Origin: Thiotrichales bacterium | GTDB lineage: Bacteria; Pseudomonadota; Gammaproteobacteria; Francisellales; CACEW01 | Reading direction: 5' to 3' | Length of the DNA: 64,000 nucleotides | Assembly: GCA_947478175.1 (NCBI GenBank) | Contig: CANJUQ010000009.1 | Coordinates: forward strand, 169 to 64,168 | Shown: in pieces, positions 45,131-56,570 of the stretch | How the letters are laid out: every line of letters begins with the position of its first letter | How positions within the stretch are numbered: position 1 is the stretch's first letter | Notes under the pieces: generated by a model | Told to the model about the DNA's origin: nothing | The model's database searches: none | What the model saw: only the letters and a program-made list of their open reading frames with translations | Made by a program: the position numbers and the translations under genes

Positions 45131-45751
45131 ATGAGCGACCGTATGTTTTACCATCGTCGTTCAATTCGACTGAAAGGCTATGATTATTCTCAGGCTGGTT
45201 CTTATTTTATTACGATATGTACTTATTACCGGGAATGTTTATTTGGAACTATTTCGAACAATGAAATGCAGTTAAATAATTGTGGAAAAATTGTGGAAAC
45301 TAGTTGGTTAAATATTCCCAATTATTTTTCAAATGTTGTTTTAGATAAATTTATTGTCATGCCCAATCATCTTCATGGGATTCTTTCAATAAAACCCACT
45401 GTAGGGGCGCAATTCATTGCGCCCTCTGATCTGATAAACGCATCCCCGGATATGGGGATAAATAAGAGTGCAATAGATAATAAACACGAGGGCGCAATAG
45501 ATAATAAAGACGAGGGCGCAATGAATTGCGCCCCTACGGTAGGTCATATAATCCGTGCCTTTAAAGCACGTACAACGAGCACTGTGAATCGTCAAAAAGG
45601 GAGCTATGGAATGCCGATTTGGCAACGTAATTACTATGAGAATATTGTTCGAGATGAAGCTGCTCTGGATAAAATTCGACAATATATTGAGTGTAACCCA
45701 GGAAAATGGGCCTTTGATAAAGATAATCCCAATAGTTCTATCTATTCATGA
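45131..45751 (+). CDS. REP-associated tyrosine transposase (RAYT, IS200/IS605 Y1 family) with in-frame REP-doublet insert
   Basis: The N-terminus RRSIRLKGYDYSQAGSYFITICT, HUH motif MPNHLHGIL and Tyr motif WQRNYYENIVRDE...YIECNP are typical of RAYT/COG1943. Residues 91-136 are encoded by a REP doublet. Confidence 0.85.
   Translation: MSDRMFYHRRSIRLKGYDYSQAGSYFITICTYYRECLFGTISNNEMQLNNCGKIVETSWLNIPNYFSNVVLDKFIVMPNHLHGILSIKPTVGAQFIAPSDLINASPDMGINKSAIDNKHEGAIDNKDEGAMNCAPTVGHIIRAFKARTTSTVNRQKGSYGMPIWQRNYYENIVRDEAALDKIRQYIECNPGKWAFDKDNPNSSIYS
45401..45537. repeat. REP inverted doublet inside the RAYT coding sequence
   Basis: The 5' REP is identical to 44965-44990. The perfect inverse GAGGGCGCAATGAATTGCGCCCCTAC lies at 45512-45537. 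The spacer core GATATGGGGATAAATAAGAGTGCAATAGATAATAAA is shared with the upstream doublet. Confidence 0.85.
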
Positions 45752-45801
45752 CACCCTAAGTTGGCTGGTTTAAATTTTTTAAAACCGCTACACATTCATG
45801 A

Positions 45802-47526
<1,725 letters not shown>

Positions 47527-47563
47527 TCACTTCGTGTGAAAAAATCTAAAAAGGAATTGTTTG

Positions 47564-49816
47564 ATGTCCGATGAAATTACTCCCTCTGAGTCTTATGCTC
47601 TGGCGATAGAAGGCGCTGAGCAGCAGCCCATGGCTGAATTTACGCGTAAAGCGTATTTAGATTATTCCATGTATGTGATTCTAGACCGGGCGTTGCCGCA
47701 TATTGCCGATGGTTTAAAGCCTGTCCAAAGACGGATTATTTATGCCATGAGTGAGCTAGGTCTTTCAGCTATTTCTAAACATAAAAAATCGGCTCGAACG
47801 GTTGGGGATGTTTTAGGTAAATACCATCCGCATGGAGACAGCGCTTGTTATGAAGCTATGGTTTTGATGGCTCAGCCGTTTTCCTATCGATATCCCGTGA
47901 TCGATGGCCAAGGTAACTGGGGATCCATGGATGACCCGAAATCTTTTGCCGCCATGCGATATACAGAAGCTAGGTTGTCTGCCTATGCCAAATTATTACT
48001 AGAAGAATTAGGCCAGGGGACGGTGGATTGGTCTCCTAATTTTGATGGGACTCTCGAAGAACCCGTTATGTTGCCGGCTCAGGTGCCTAATATTTTATTA
48101 AATGGTGGAACAGGGATTGCGGTAGGGATGGCGACGGATATTCCGCCACATCATATGGGCGAAGTCTTAGATGCCTGTATTTATTTATTGAAGCATCCCA
48201 ATGCCTCGTTAGAAAAAATCATGCAGATGATTCCGGGCCCTGATTTTCCTACCAAAGCTGAAATTATTTCTTCCCCTGAAGAGATTAAATCTATTTATGA
48301 GACGGGCTTGGGGTCTTTACGCCAGCGGGCAAAATATAGAATTGAAGATGGCGAGATTTATATCGAAGCGTTGCCGCATCAAGTTTCTGGGGCAAAAATT
48401 TTAGAACAGATTGCCACCCAGATGAACGCTAAAAAACTTCCGATGGTGGCTGATTTAAGAGACGAGTCTGATCATGAAAACCCGTTATCTCTGGTCATTG
48501 TTCCCCGATCTAACCGAGTAGATTGTGACCAGCTGATGCAGCATTTATTCGCAACGACGGATCTTGAGAGAACCTATCGTGTTAATTTAAATATGATCGG
48601 ATTATCCGGGCGACCTGAAGTTAAAAATTTAAAAGAAATTCTGACTGAATGGCTAAGTTACAGAATAATAACGGTTCAAAAGAGGCTCAATTATCGATTA
48701 GATAAAGTCGAAGCTCGGCTGCATATTTTGCAGGGTTTATTAATTGCTTTTTTAAATTTGGACGAAATTATTCGAATAGTCCGTGAAGCTGAAGATCCTA
48801 AAGCCCAGCTAATGAAAAAATTCAAACTGTCTGAACTCCAGGCGGATGCGATTTTAGATACCAAGCTAAGACACTTGGCCAGACTCGAAGAAGTTAAAAT
48901 TCGAGGCGAAGAAGCTGAGTTAGCCAAAGAAAGAAAATATTTAAAAAATTTATTAAAAAACGAAGATGAACTGAAAGATTTTGTCATTGAAGAAATGAAA
49001 AAAATTCGCAAAGAGCATTCAGGCGTGCGTCAAAGTCCGATTGTTCAGCGTGAGCAAGCCAAAGCTTTAAGTGAAGAAGAAGTATTGCCAACAGAATCTG
49101 TCACGATTGTTTTATCTAATTTGGGTTGGGTTCGTTGCGCGAAGGGTTTAAATATTGATGGGATGTCTCTGAGTTATAAAACAGGGGATAGTTATCTCTG
49201 TGCTGTTTCAGGAAAATCTAATCAACAGGCTGTTTTTATTGATAACACAGGCAGAAGTTATTCGACGCTGGTTCATAAGTTGCCCTCTGCCAGAGGCCAG
49301 GGAGAGCCGTTAACTAGTCGCTTTTCTCCTGAATTAAACACACGATTTACTCAAATGATGATTGGCGAAGACGCTCAGAAATTTATTGTTGGGACAGATC
49401 ATGGTTATGGCTTTGTGACTTCTTTAAGTGAAGCCTTAAGTAAAAACAAAGCCGGCAAAGGTTTTATCTCTGTGCCGGATTCTAAAGCTGCAATTTTGCC
49501 GCCACTCAAAACAGATTATTTGGCTTCTGAGTGGATCGTCATGGCGACGGAAGAGGGAAGGTTATTGTGTTACCCCGTGACGCAAATAGCTGAGTTATCT
49601 AAAGGCAAAGGAAATAAATTAATTGGAGATAAAATAACGGCCTGGGCTGTTATGACAGAAGGCAAAAATGAAGAGCTTTATATTCACTCAGGGAAGCAAT
49701 ATCTCAGATTAAAATTTGCAGAATTAATTGACTATAAAGGCGAACGAGCTCGAAAAGGGGCTTTGTTACCTAAGGGTTATCGGCAGGTTTCTGGGATGGA
49801 AGTGAAGGCGGTTTGA
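47564..49816 (+). CDS. parC: DNA topoisomerase IV subunit A
   Basis: Near-collinear similarity to E. coli ParC ([42 protein letters not shown] catalytic Tyr). The ~750 aa size and lack of a GyrA box fit ParC. Confidence 0.9.
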   Translation: MSDEITPSESYALAIEGAEQQPMAEFTRKAYLDYSMYVILDRALPHIADGLKPVQRRIIYAMSELGLSAISKHKKSARTVGDVLGKYHPHGDSACYEAMVLMAQPFSYRYPVIDGQGNWGSMDDPKSFAAMRYTEARLSAYAKLLLEELGQGTVDWSPNFDGTLEEPVMLPAQVPNILLNGGTGIAVGMATDIPPHHMGEVLDACIYLLKHPNASLEKIMQMIPGPDFPTKAEIISSPEEIKSIYETGLGSLRQRAKYRIEDGEIYIEALPHQVSGAKILEQIATQMNAKKLPMVADLRDESDHENPLSLVIVPRSNRVDCDQLMQHLFATTDLERTYRVNLNMIGLSGRPEVKNLKEILTEWLSYRIITVQKRLNYRLDKVEARLHILQGLLIAFLNLDEIIRIVREAEDPKAQLMKKFKLSELQADAILDTKLRHLARLEEVKIRGEEAELAKERKYLKNLLKNEDELKDFVIEEMKKIRKEHSGVRQSPIVQREQAKALSEEEVLPTESVTIVLSNLGWVRCAKGLNIDGMSLSYKTGDSYLCAVSGKSNQQAVFIDNTGRSYSTLVHKLPSARGQGEPLTSRFSPELNTRFTQMMIGEDAQKFIVGTDHGYGFVTSLSEALSKNKAGKGFISVPDSKAAILPPLKTDYLASEWIVMATEEGRLLCYPVTQIAELSKGKGNKLIGDKITAWAVMTEGKNEELYIHSGKQYLRLKFAELIDYKGERARKGALLPKGYRQVSGMEVKAV

Positions 49817-49825
49817 ATAATATAA

Positions 49826-50926
49826 ATGGCTTTAAATCCCCCCCCTGAATTCTACATGCATCGCGCTTTAGAACTTGCATTGCAAGGACAATATACGGCT
49901 AGGCCTAACCCAATGGTCGGCGCTGTGTTAGTAAATAAAGACGGAGAAATAATTGGAGAGGGTGCCCATCTGAGAACAGGTGAGCCTCATGCTGAGATTC
50001 ATGCTTTAAAACAAGCGGGAGAGAAAGCTCGAGGGTCAACTTGCTATGTGACGTTAGAGCCTTGTTGTCATTGGGGTCGAACGGGGCCTTGTGTCGATGC
50101 TTTAATTCAAGCGGGCGTGTCTCAAGTTGTTTTTGCGATGCAAGATCCTAATCCCCAAGTCAATGGCCAGAGTATTTCAAAACTTAAAGACGCTGGGATT
50201 CAAGTGTCTTATGGATTGTTAGAACAAGAGGCTAGAAATTTAAATCCTGGTTTTATTAGCCGAATGATCAGAAAGCGGCCTTATGTCAGAGCTAAGATTG
50301 CGGCCAGTCTAGATGGCAGGACTGCTCTATCTAATGGCAAAAGCCAATGGATTACGGGGAAAGAAGCCCGGCAAGACGTCCAATATTTAAGAGCGAGATC
50401 TTCAGGAATTATTTCGGGTTCGGGGACTGTGAAAGTAGATAATCCTAGTTTGACTGTCAGACAAAATGATTGGCCTGAAAAATATTTACTAGACATAAAA
50501 CAGCCCGTCAGAATTATTTGTGATTCTGAATTTAAAATTAATAAAAATTTTAATTTAAATTTAAAACTATATGAAACCAAAAGCCCTGTTTGGATTGCTC
50601 ATGCAAATCCAAATAAAAAAGCTGAACCTGAAGGGATCTATTTGCCTAATAAAAATAACCAAGTGGATCTAGAGGGTTTAATTAACTGGTGTTATGAGCA
50701 AGAGCTTCCAGAGATTTTAATTGAAGCGGGAAATATTCTGACGGGGGCTTTTTTAGAGAAAAATTTAATAGATGAAATCTGGATTTATCTAGCACCCTGT
50801 TTTTTTGGCCAAGACGCCAGAGCTATGGTTAATTTGTCTTTATTAAATTCGTTGGAAAATATCAAAAGATGGCAAATCCAATCTGTTAAAATGATCGGCC
50901 AGGATATAAGAATTATTTTAATTTAG
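49826..50926 (+). CDS. ribD: bifunctional riboflavin biosynthesis deaminase/reductase
   Basis: Deaminase Zn motifs HAEIHAL and PCCHWGRTGPC, plus a C-terminal reductase domain. Confidence 0.9.
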   Translation: MALNPPPEFYMHRALELALQGQYTARPNPMVGAVLVNKDGEIIGEGAHLRTGEPHAEIHALKQAGEKARGSTCYVTLEPCCHWGRTGPCVDALIQAGVSQVVFAMQDPNPQVNGQSISKLKDAGIQVSYGLLEQEARNLNPGFISRMIRKRPYVRAKIAASLDGRTALSNGKSQWITGKEARQDVQYLRARSSGIISGSGTVKVDNPSLTVRQNDWPEKYLLDIKQPVRIICDSEFKINKNFNLNLKLYETKSPVWIAHANPNKKAEPEGIYLPNKNNQVDLEGLINWCYEQELPEILIEAGNILTGAFLEKNLIDEIWIYLAPCFFGQDARAMVNLSLLNSLENIKRWQIQSVKMIGQDIRIILI

Positions 50927-50929
50927 TGT

Positions 50930-51373
50930 CTATTCAGAGAGTTCTTCATAGTAAGTTGGCGGAAGAGATGGCCCGGACATCTGAATGGACATGCTATTTG
51001 GGTCTCTATTTTTTTGGGTTGCTTTTTCTTGTTCTGAAAATCTGTAAAACAGCACGGTAGATCCAAGCAAAGAGCCGACAATTAAAGAAGTTCCTGCAAT
51101 TAATAAATGATTACAATAAGCGTAGGGTGTCAGTAAATCTTTATGAAGGTTGCAAAAAAAAGCACAGGCTGCATTTTTTAGTTCTGGGAGGCAACGTTCT
51201 GTGTCATCTGAAGTAAAACAGAGGGGCTCAGTATTTTTTAGGGTGTCGATGGCAGACATGCTCGTAATGTCAATACCATAGCGATAGGCGATAAGCCCGA
51301 TTCCCATGGACAGTACAATGCTGGCCACACAGAAAGTAATATTTTTTTTATGATGAACTTCCCAGTCAGCCAT
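50930..51373 (-). CDS. hypothetical two-helix membrane protein with a 4-Cys loop and PPTYYEEL tail (paralog 2)
   Basis: 147 aa. The start overlaps the upstream paralog stop by 8 nt (ATGGCTGA). It has two hydrophobic helices flanking CF-x6-CLP-x7-C-x3-C-x-LH. Confidence 0.55.
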   Translation of the reverse strand: MADWEVHHKKNITFCVASIVLSMGIGLIAYRYGIDITSMSAIDTLKNTEPLCFTSDDTERCLPELKNAACAFFCNLHKDLLTPYAYCNHLLIAGTSLIVGSLLGSTVLFYRFSEQEKATQKNRDPNSMSIQMSGPSLPPTYYEELSE

Positions 51374-51728
51374 GAGTGATCTCCAAGGAATTAACGTTTG
51401 AACACAAAGCAGATCGATAGCCTAGCCATAGGGAAATAAAAGTACTGAACGCAAAGCCAATTCCAGTAAAATTTTGAAGCAAGGAATTTGTTTGTTGGCT
51501 TTGTGAATAGCTATGGTGCAGTAAACAAGTAGTGTTACAGGTTAAGTTGCTATCTAACCATCGGCTAGGCAAGCAAGTTTGATTTGCAAAACAGTGAGGC
51601 TGTTGTTCTGTAATGATTCGCAGAGAAGCGCTATGTCGGTCGCTGGCGCCTAGTGCATAAGCGCTTAATAAAAAAGTGACAGCGGCGGTAATAGCGCAAA
51701 AAGAAAAGAGAAAATTTATTTTGATCAT
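51366..51728 (-). CDS. hypothetical two-helix membrane protein with a 4-Cys loop (paralog 1)
   Basis: 120 aa with an N-terminal signal/anchor helix. The loop is CF-x4-CLP-x9-C-x3-C-x-LH, followed by a C-terminal helix. Confidence 0.55.
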   Translation of the reverse strand: MIKINFLFSFCAITAAVTFLLSAYALGASDRHSASLRIITEQQPHCFANQTCLPSRWLDSNLTCNTTCLLHHSYSQSQQTNSLLQNFTGIGFAFSTFISLWLGYRSALCSNVNSLEITHG

Positions 51729-51909
51729 GCTGTTTAGAAGCCAGTGATTTTATTTTTTTATTATGGGCCGACATTAGTACTAAATATTTTCGGTAGAAGA
51801 AAGTATAAAAAAATAAAAAGGCCTGTAAAAACCTTAAAACTTGAGGTTGGCTTTTTGAAAACAGGGGTTCATAATCCGCGCCCTTATTATTTTTCCTGGA
51901 GAAAATCAC

Positions 51910-52749
51910 TTGAAATTATGCGGCTTTGAAGCGGGATTGGACCAGCCTTTTTTTCTGATTGCGGGCCCTTGTGTGATTGAATCTGAGTCGTTGGCTTTAT
52001 CGACTGCTGAAACACTCAAAACGCTGACAGATAAGTTAAAAATTAATTTTATTTATAAGTCTTCTTTTGATAAGGCCAATAGATCTTCTGGGGATAGCTA
52101 TCGGGGATTAGGTTTATCTAAGGGTTTAGAGATTTTATCTAAAGTCAAAAAAGAAATCGGCGTGCCCATTCTGACAGACGTCCATGAAGATACGCCCTTA
52201 GACGAAGTGGCTTCTGTAGTCGATGTGTTACAAACACCTGCTTTTTTATGTCGCCAGACGAATTTTATTCAAAATGTCGCTAAGCAGGGCTTACCTGTGA
52301 ATATTAAAAAAGGCCAATTTCTAGCACCTTGGGATATGGTCCATGTAGCAAAAAAAGCCCAGTCGGTTGGCAATAATCAGATTATGGTCTGCGAGCGTGG
52401 AGCCAGTTTTGGTTATAACAATTTGGTTTCTGATATGAGATCTTTACAAGTCATGAGAGAAACAGGTTGTCCTGTCGTTTATGACGCAACGCATTCAGTT
52501 CAGCTACCGGGCGGTCAAGGTAAAGTGTCGGGTGGACAGAGAGAATTTGTGCCTACTTTAGCTCGTGCAGCGATGGCGGCTGGGATTTCAGGAATGTTTA
52601 TGGAAACCCACCCTAATCCCAAAGAAGCTTTGAGTGATGGTCCGAATGCATGGCCGTTAGGTCTTATGGAAGAATTATTAAAAGTTTTAAAATCTATTGA
52701 TCAAGCTGTTAAATCGAGCGGTTGGATCGAAAATAAAGTGAAAGAATAA
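51910..52749 (+). CDS. kdsA: 3-deoxy-8-phosphooctulonate synthase
   Basis: TTG start. [24 protein letters not shown] and [11 protein letters not shown] motifs. Confidence 0.9.
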   Translation: MKLCGFEAGLDQPFFLIAGPCVIESESLALSTAETLKTLTDKLKINFIYKSSFDKANRSSGDSYRGLGLSKGLEILSKVKKEIGVPILTDVHEDTPLDEVASVVDVLQTPAFLCRQTNFIQNVAKQGLPVNIKKGQFLAPWDMVHVAKKAQSVGNNQIMVCERGASFGYNNLVSDMRSLQVMRETGCPVVYDATHSVQLPGGQGKVSGGQREFVPTLARAAMAAGISGMFMETHPNPKEALSDGPNAWPLGLMEELLKVLKSIDQAVKSSGWIENKVKE

Positions 52750-52773
52750 AAAATAGAATCCATAAAAATTTAA

Positions 52774-54093
<1,320 letters not shown>

Positions 54094-54140
54094 AGCAATC
54101 TGTGAAGTAATAACAAGAGATTATTCTGGGGGGCTCCTAA

Positions 54141-54428
54141 ATGTTGATTATCAGATCCTGGATGCTATTGAGCACCGTCTTACTGGCATTCATTTTGGTT
54201 TTACAACTGACCCTCTGGGTCGGGCCTTTAAGTATTCCTGCAGCTTATCAACAGGCGCAGAAAGTGGAGCAACTTAAAGAAGAAAACCAACAACTACAGA
54301 ATCGTAATCAGCAGCTATATAACCAAATTCAAGCCCTGCGAAATAATGCTCAGGCGACTGAAGCGGCCGCACGTGAAGAATTAGGATTGGTAAAACCGGG
54401 TGAAATTTTTTATCGATATGCCCAGTAG
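54141..54428 (+). CDS. ftsB: cell division protein FtsB
   Basis: 95 aa with an N-terminal TM helix, then a Leu/Gln-rich coiled coil and AREELGLVKPGEIFY. It lies downstream of eno. Confidence 0.8.
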   Translation: MLIIRSWMLLSTVLLAFILVLQLTLWVGPLSIPAAYQQAQKVEQLKEENQQLQNRNQQLYNQIQALRNNAQATEAAAREELGLVKPGEIFYRYAQ

Positions 54429-54449
54429 GGGCAGCCGGCGGGCTGCGCT
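54425..54449. repeat. REP-like GC-rich hairpin with GTAGGGGC head overlapping the ftsB stop
   Basis: GTAGGGGCAGCC-GGCG-GGCTGCGC with a 6-bp stem GCAGCC/GGCTGC. It stands out in AT-rich surroundings. Confidence 0.4.
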
Positions 54450-54481
54450 TAAGAATTTTAGATAACAAGGAAATAAAAATC

Positions 54482-55231
54482 ATGCGTATTTTAGTGACCA
54501 ATGATGATGGAATCTTGGCCCCAGGGATTGTGGCATTGGCCAATGCCGTCTCTGAATTTGGTGAAGTTATTGTGATTGCGCCGGATAGAAATAACTCAGG
54601 AGTATCCAGTGCAATTTCTCTCGAGACGCCTTTAAGAGTGACAGAAATCCGACCCAATTGGTTTCAGTTAAATGGCACGCCGGCCGACTGCGCCAAGTTG
54701 GCATTAAGTGGCTTTTTAAAACAAGAGCCTGACATGGTGGTTTCTGGGATCAATGCGGGTCAAAACTTAGGTGATGATGTGATTTATTCTGGGACAGTCG
54801 GCGCAGCTATCGAAGGGAGATTCTTGGGCTTGCCAGGTTTGGCTTTTTCTCTCGCGGGTCATGATGGCGTTATGTACTATGACACAGCAGCTAAAGTCGC
54901 TAATTTGATTATGAAACGTCTGATGAAACATCCGTTAGAAGCGGGTATGGTTTTGAATATTAATATTCCTAATATTCCGTTTGATCAGATTGCTGGATTC
55001 CAAGCAGTACGTCAGGGGGATCGCCATTTTTCAGAGCCCCTTAAACCAACGTTAGATGGTCGCAACAAAGAAATTTATTGGTTAGGTGAAGCAGGTAAAA
55101 TTCGAGATGGCAGTTTAGGTACAGACTTTCATGCCATTAGTACTAACCATGTTTCTATTATGCCTATTCAAGTGGATCTGACGGATCACAATCGTCTGAA
55201 CATGATCAATCATTGGTTAAAAAGGGAGTAG
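54482..55231 (+). CDS. surE: 5'/3'-nucleotidase SurE
   Basis: The MRILVTNDDGILAPGI N-terminus is diagnostic of SurE. Confidence 0.92.
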   Translation: MRILVTNDDGILAPGIVALANAVSEFGEVIVIAPDRNNSGVSSAISLETPLRVTEIRPNWFQLNGTPADCAKLALSGFLKQEPDMVVSGINAGQNLGDDVIYSGTVGAAIEGRFLGLPGLAFSLAGHDGVMYYDTAAKVANLIMKRLMKHPLEAGMVLNINIPNIPFDQIAGFQAVRQGDRHFSEPLKPTLDGRNKEIYWLGEAGKIRDGSLGTDFHAISTNHVSIMPIQVDLTDHNRLNMINHWLKRE

Positions 55232-55238
55232 GTCATTT

Positions 55239-56063
55239 ATGCGTTCCCTCATGCGACCCTTTTTTATTTCGACGGCTTTAATATTCTCAGGAATACTAGC
55301 GGGCTGTAGCTATCTTTCTGATGGAGATCAGGCGCCTGTTTCAAGCATTCAAGCCCTAGGGTCTTCGGCCTATACGGTTAATCAGGGCGATACCATTGAA
55401 GGGGTGGCTGATGGATTTGGTGTGACAGTGGGGCAATTGGCGCTCTGGAACCATCTCAATCCGCCTTATAACTTAACGATTGGGCAAAAATTATGGGTGA
55501 AAAAACCGTCGTCAAACAATTCAGAAAATTATTTTTCCCAAAGTCCAGTTCGCTCTGAGCATGAAAAACAGGGGCCTTTATTACAAACCATGGAACCTGG
55601 AATTGTTTTGCCTTCGTCTTATCAGGGGCAACCAAAAATTCAGCCAAAAACTCAGCCTATCACTCAGGCCAGCCCAGCTAATCCAATCACCAGCCAATCT
55701 CCTGACATTAATTTGCCACAAATCAGCCCCTCTGGCTGGATCTGGCCAATGCAAGGCCATGTCAGCTCAGATCCTGATGGGGGCATTGATATCGAAACTC
55801 ATGAACATCCGAATGTCGTTGCTGCTAAAGCCGGTAAAGTGATTTACGTCGGTCCTGATGCCAATGGCGATGGCAAGATGATTATTATCGATCATGGCCA
55901 AGATTGGCTCAGTGCTTATGGCAATCTGGAGAGTATCCGCGTGAAAGAAGGAGCAGTCTTAGCGCGTGCTGATTCGGTGGGTCGAGTCAAAGATGTTTTG
56001 CATTTTGAGATTCGACAATCAGGAGATTCAGTCGATGTGTCGAAGTATTTGCCCAGTGCTTAA
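55239..56063 (+). CDS. nlpD: NlpD-like lipoprotein (LysM plus degenerate LytM/M23 domain)
   Basis: Lipobox LAGC, a LysM segment (YTVNQGDTIEGVADGFGVTVGQLALWN) and a Pro/Gln-rich linker. The C-terminal M23-like domain lacks the HxxxD and first HxH histidines (GGIDI, VLHFE). Confidence 0.85.
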   Translation: MRSLMRPFFISTALIFSGILAGCSYLSDGDQAPVSSIQALGSSAYTVNQGDTIEGVADGFGVTVGQLALWNHLNPPYNLTIGQKLWVKKPSSNNSENYFSQSPVRSEHEKQGPLLQTMEPGIVLPSSYQGQPKIQPKTQPITQASPANPITSQSPDINLPQISPSGWIWPMQGHVSSDPDGGIDIETHEHPNVVAAKAGKVIYVGPDANGDGKMIIIDHGQDWLSAYGNLESIRVKEGAVLARADSVGRVKDVLHFEIRQSGDSVDVSKYLPSA

Positions 56064-56096
56064 CTCAAGATTATTTAAAGCAAGATTATTTAAAAT

Positions 56097-56570
56097 ATGA
56101 TTTTTAAAATAACCTTGGCGAGTGTTTCTGTTGGCATGACATCTGCTGTCATGCTGCCGGAATTACCTGTTTTGAGTCCTGAAGAAAAAGAAAAATTATT
56201 AATAGATTTAAATCAGTTTTGTGAGCCGTATGGGATTGTTTTTTTTCGTTCTTGTTTTGATTTTGTAGGGGCGGACCTGCGTGTCCGCCCGATTCAGCAG
56301 GGCGGACACACAGGTCCGCCCCTACGAGTGAGTTGTACAAATTTTAGGAAAGCCTGCGGTAGACCCTTAGGCAGTTTTTTACCGACTGGTTCTGATGGCG
56401 TGAAATTAAATGCCTGGATGACTGAGATCCAAATGTTCCTGCACCAGCATTCTATTAATCAAATTCGACGAGAACGGGGTGATCAGACCCTTGATATTTT
56501 ATGGTTCGAGAAAGTTTCTTTTTTTAAGAATTTATTGATCTGGACAAAGAAATTATGCAACCCCAAATAA
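56097..56570 (+). pseudogene. doubtful ORF or gene remnant interrupted by a REP doublet
   Basis: A 157-aa ORF whose residues ~56-76 (VGADLRVRPIQQGGHTGPPLR) are encoded by the REP doublet. Its 3' end overlaps recJ. The C-terminal part (LNAWMTEIQMFLHQHSINQIRRERGDQTLDILWF) resembles, from memory, an internal segment of a much longer conserved protein family. Confidence 0.3.
56265..56325. repeat. REP inverted doublet (REPIN-like), GGAC-stem variant
   Basis: GTAGGGGCGGACCTGCGTGTCCGCCC (56265-56290) and GGGCGGACACACAGGTCCGCCCCTAC (56300-56325) are mutual reverse complements with one mismatch. Confidence 0.8.
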
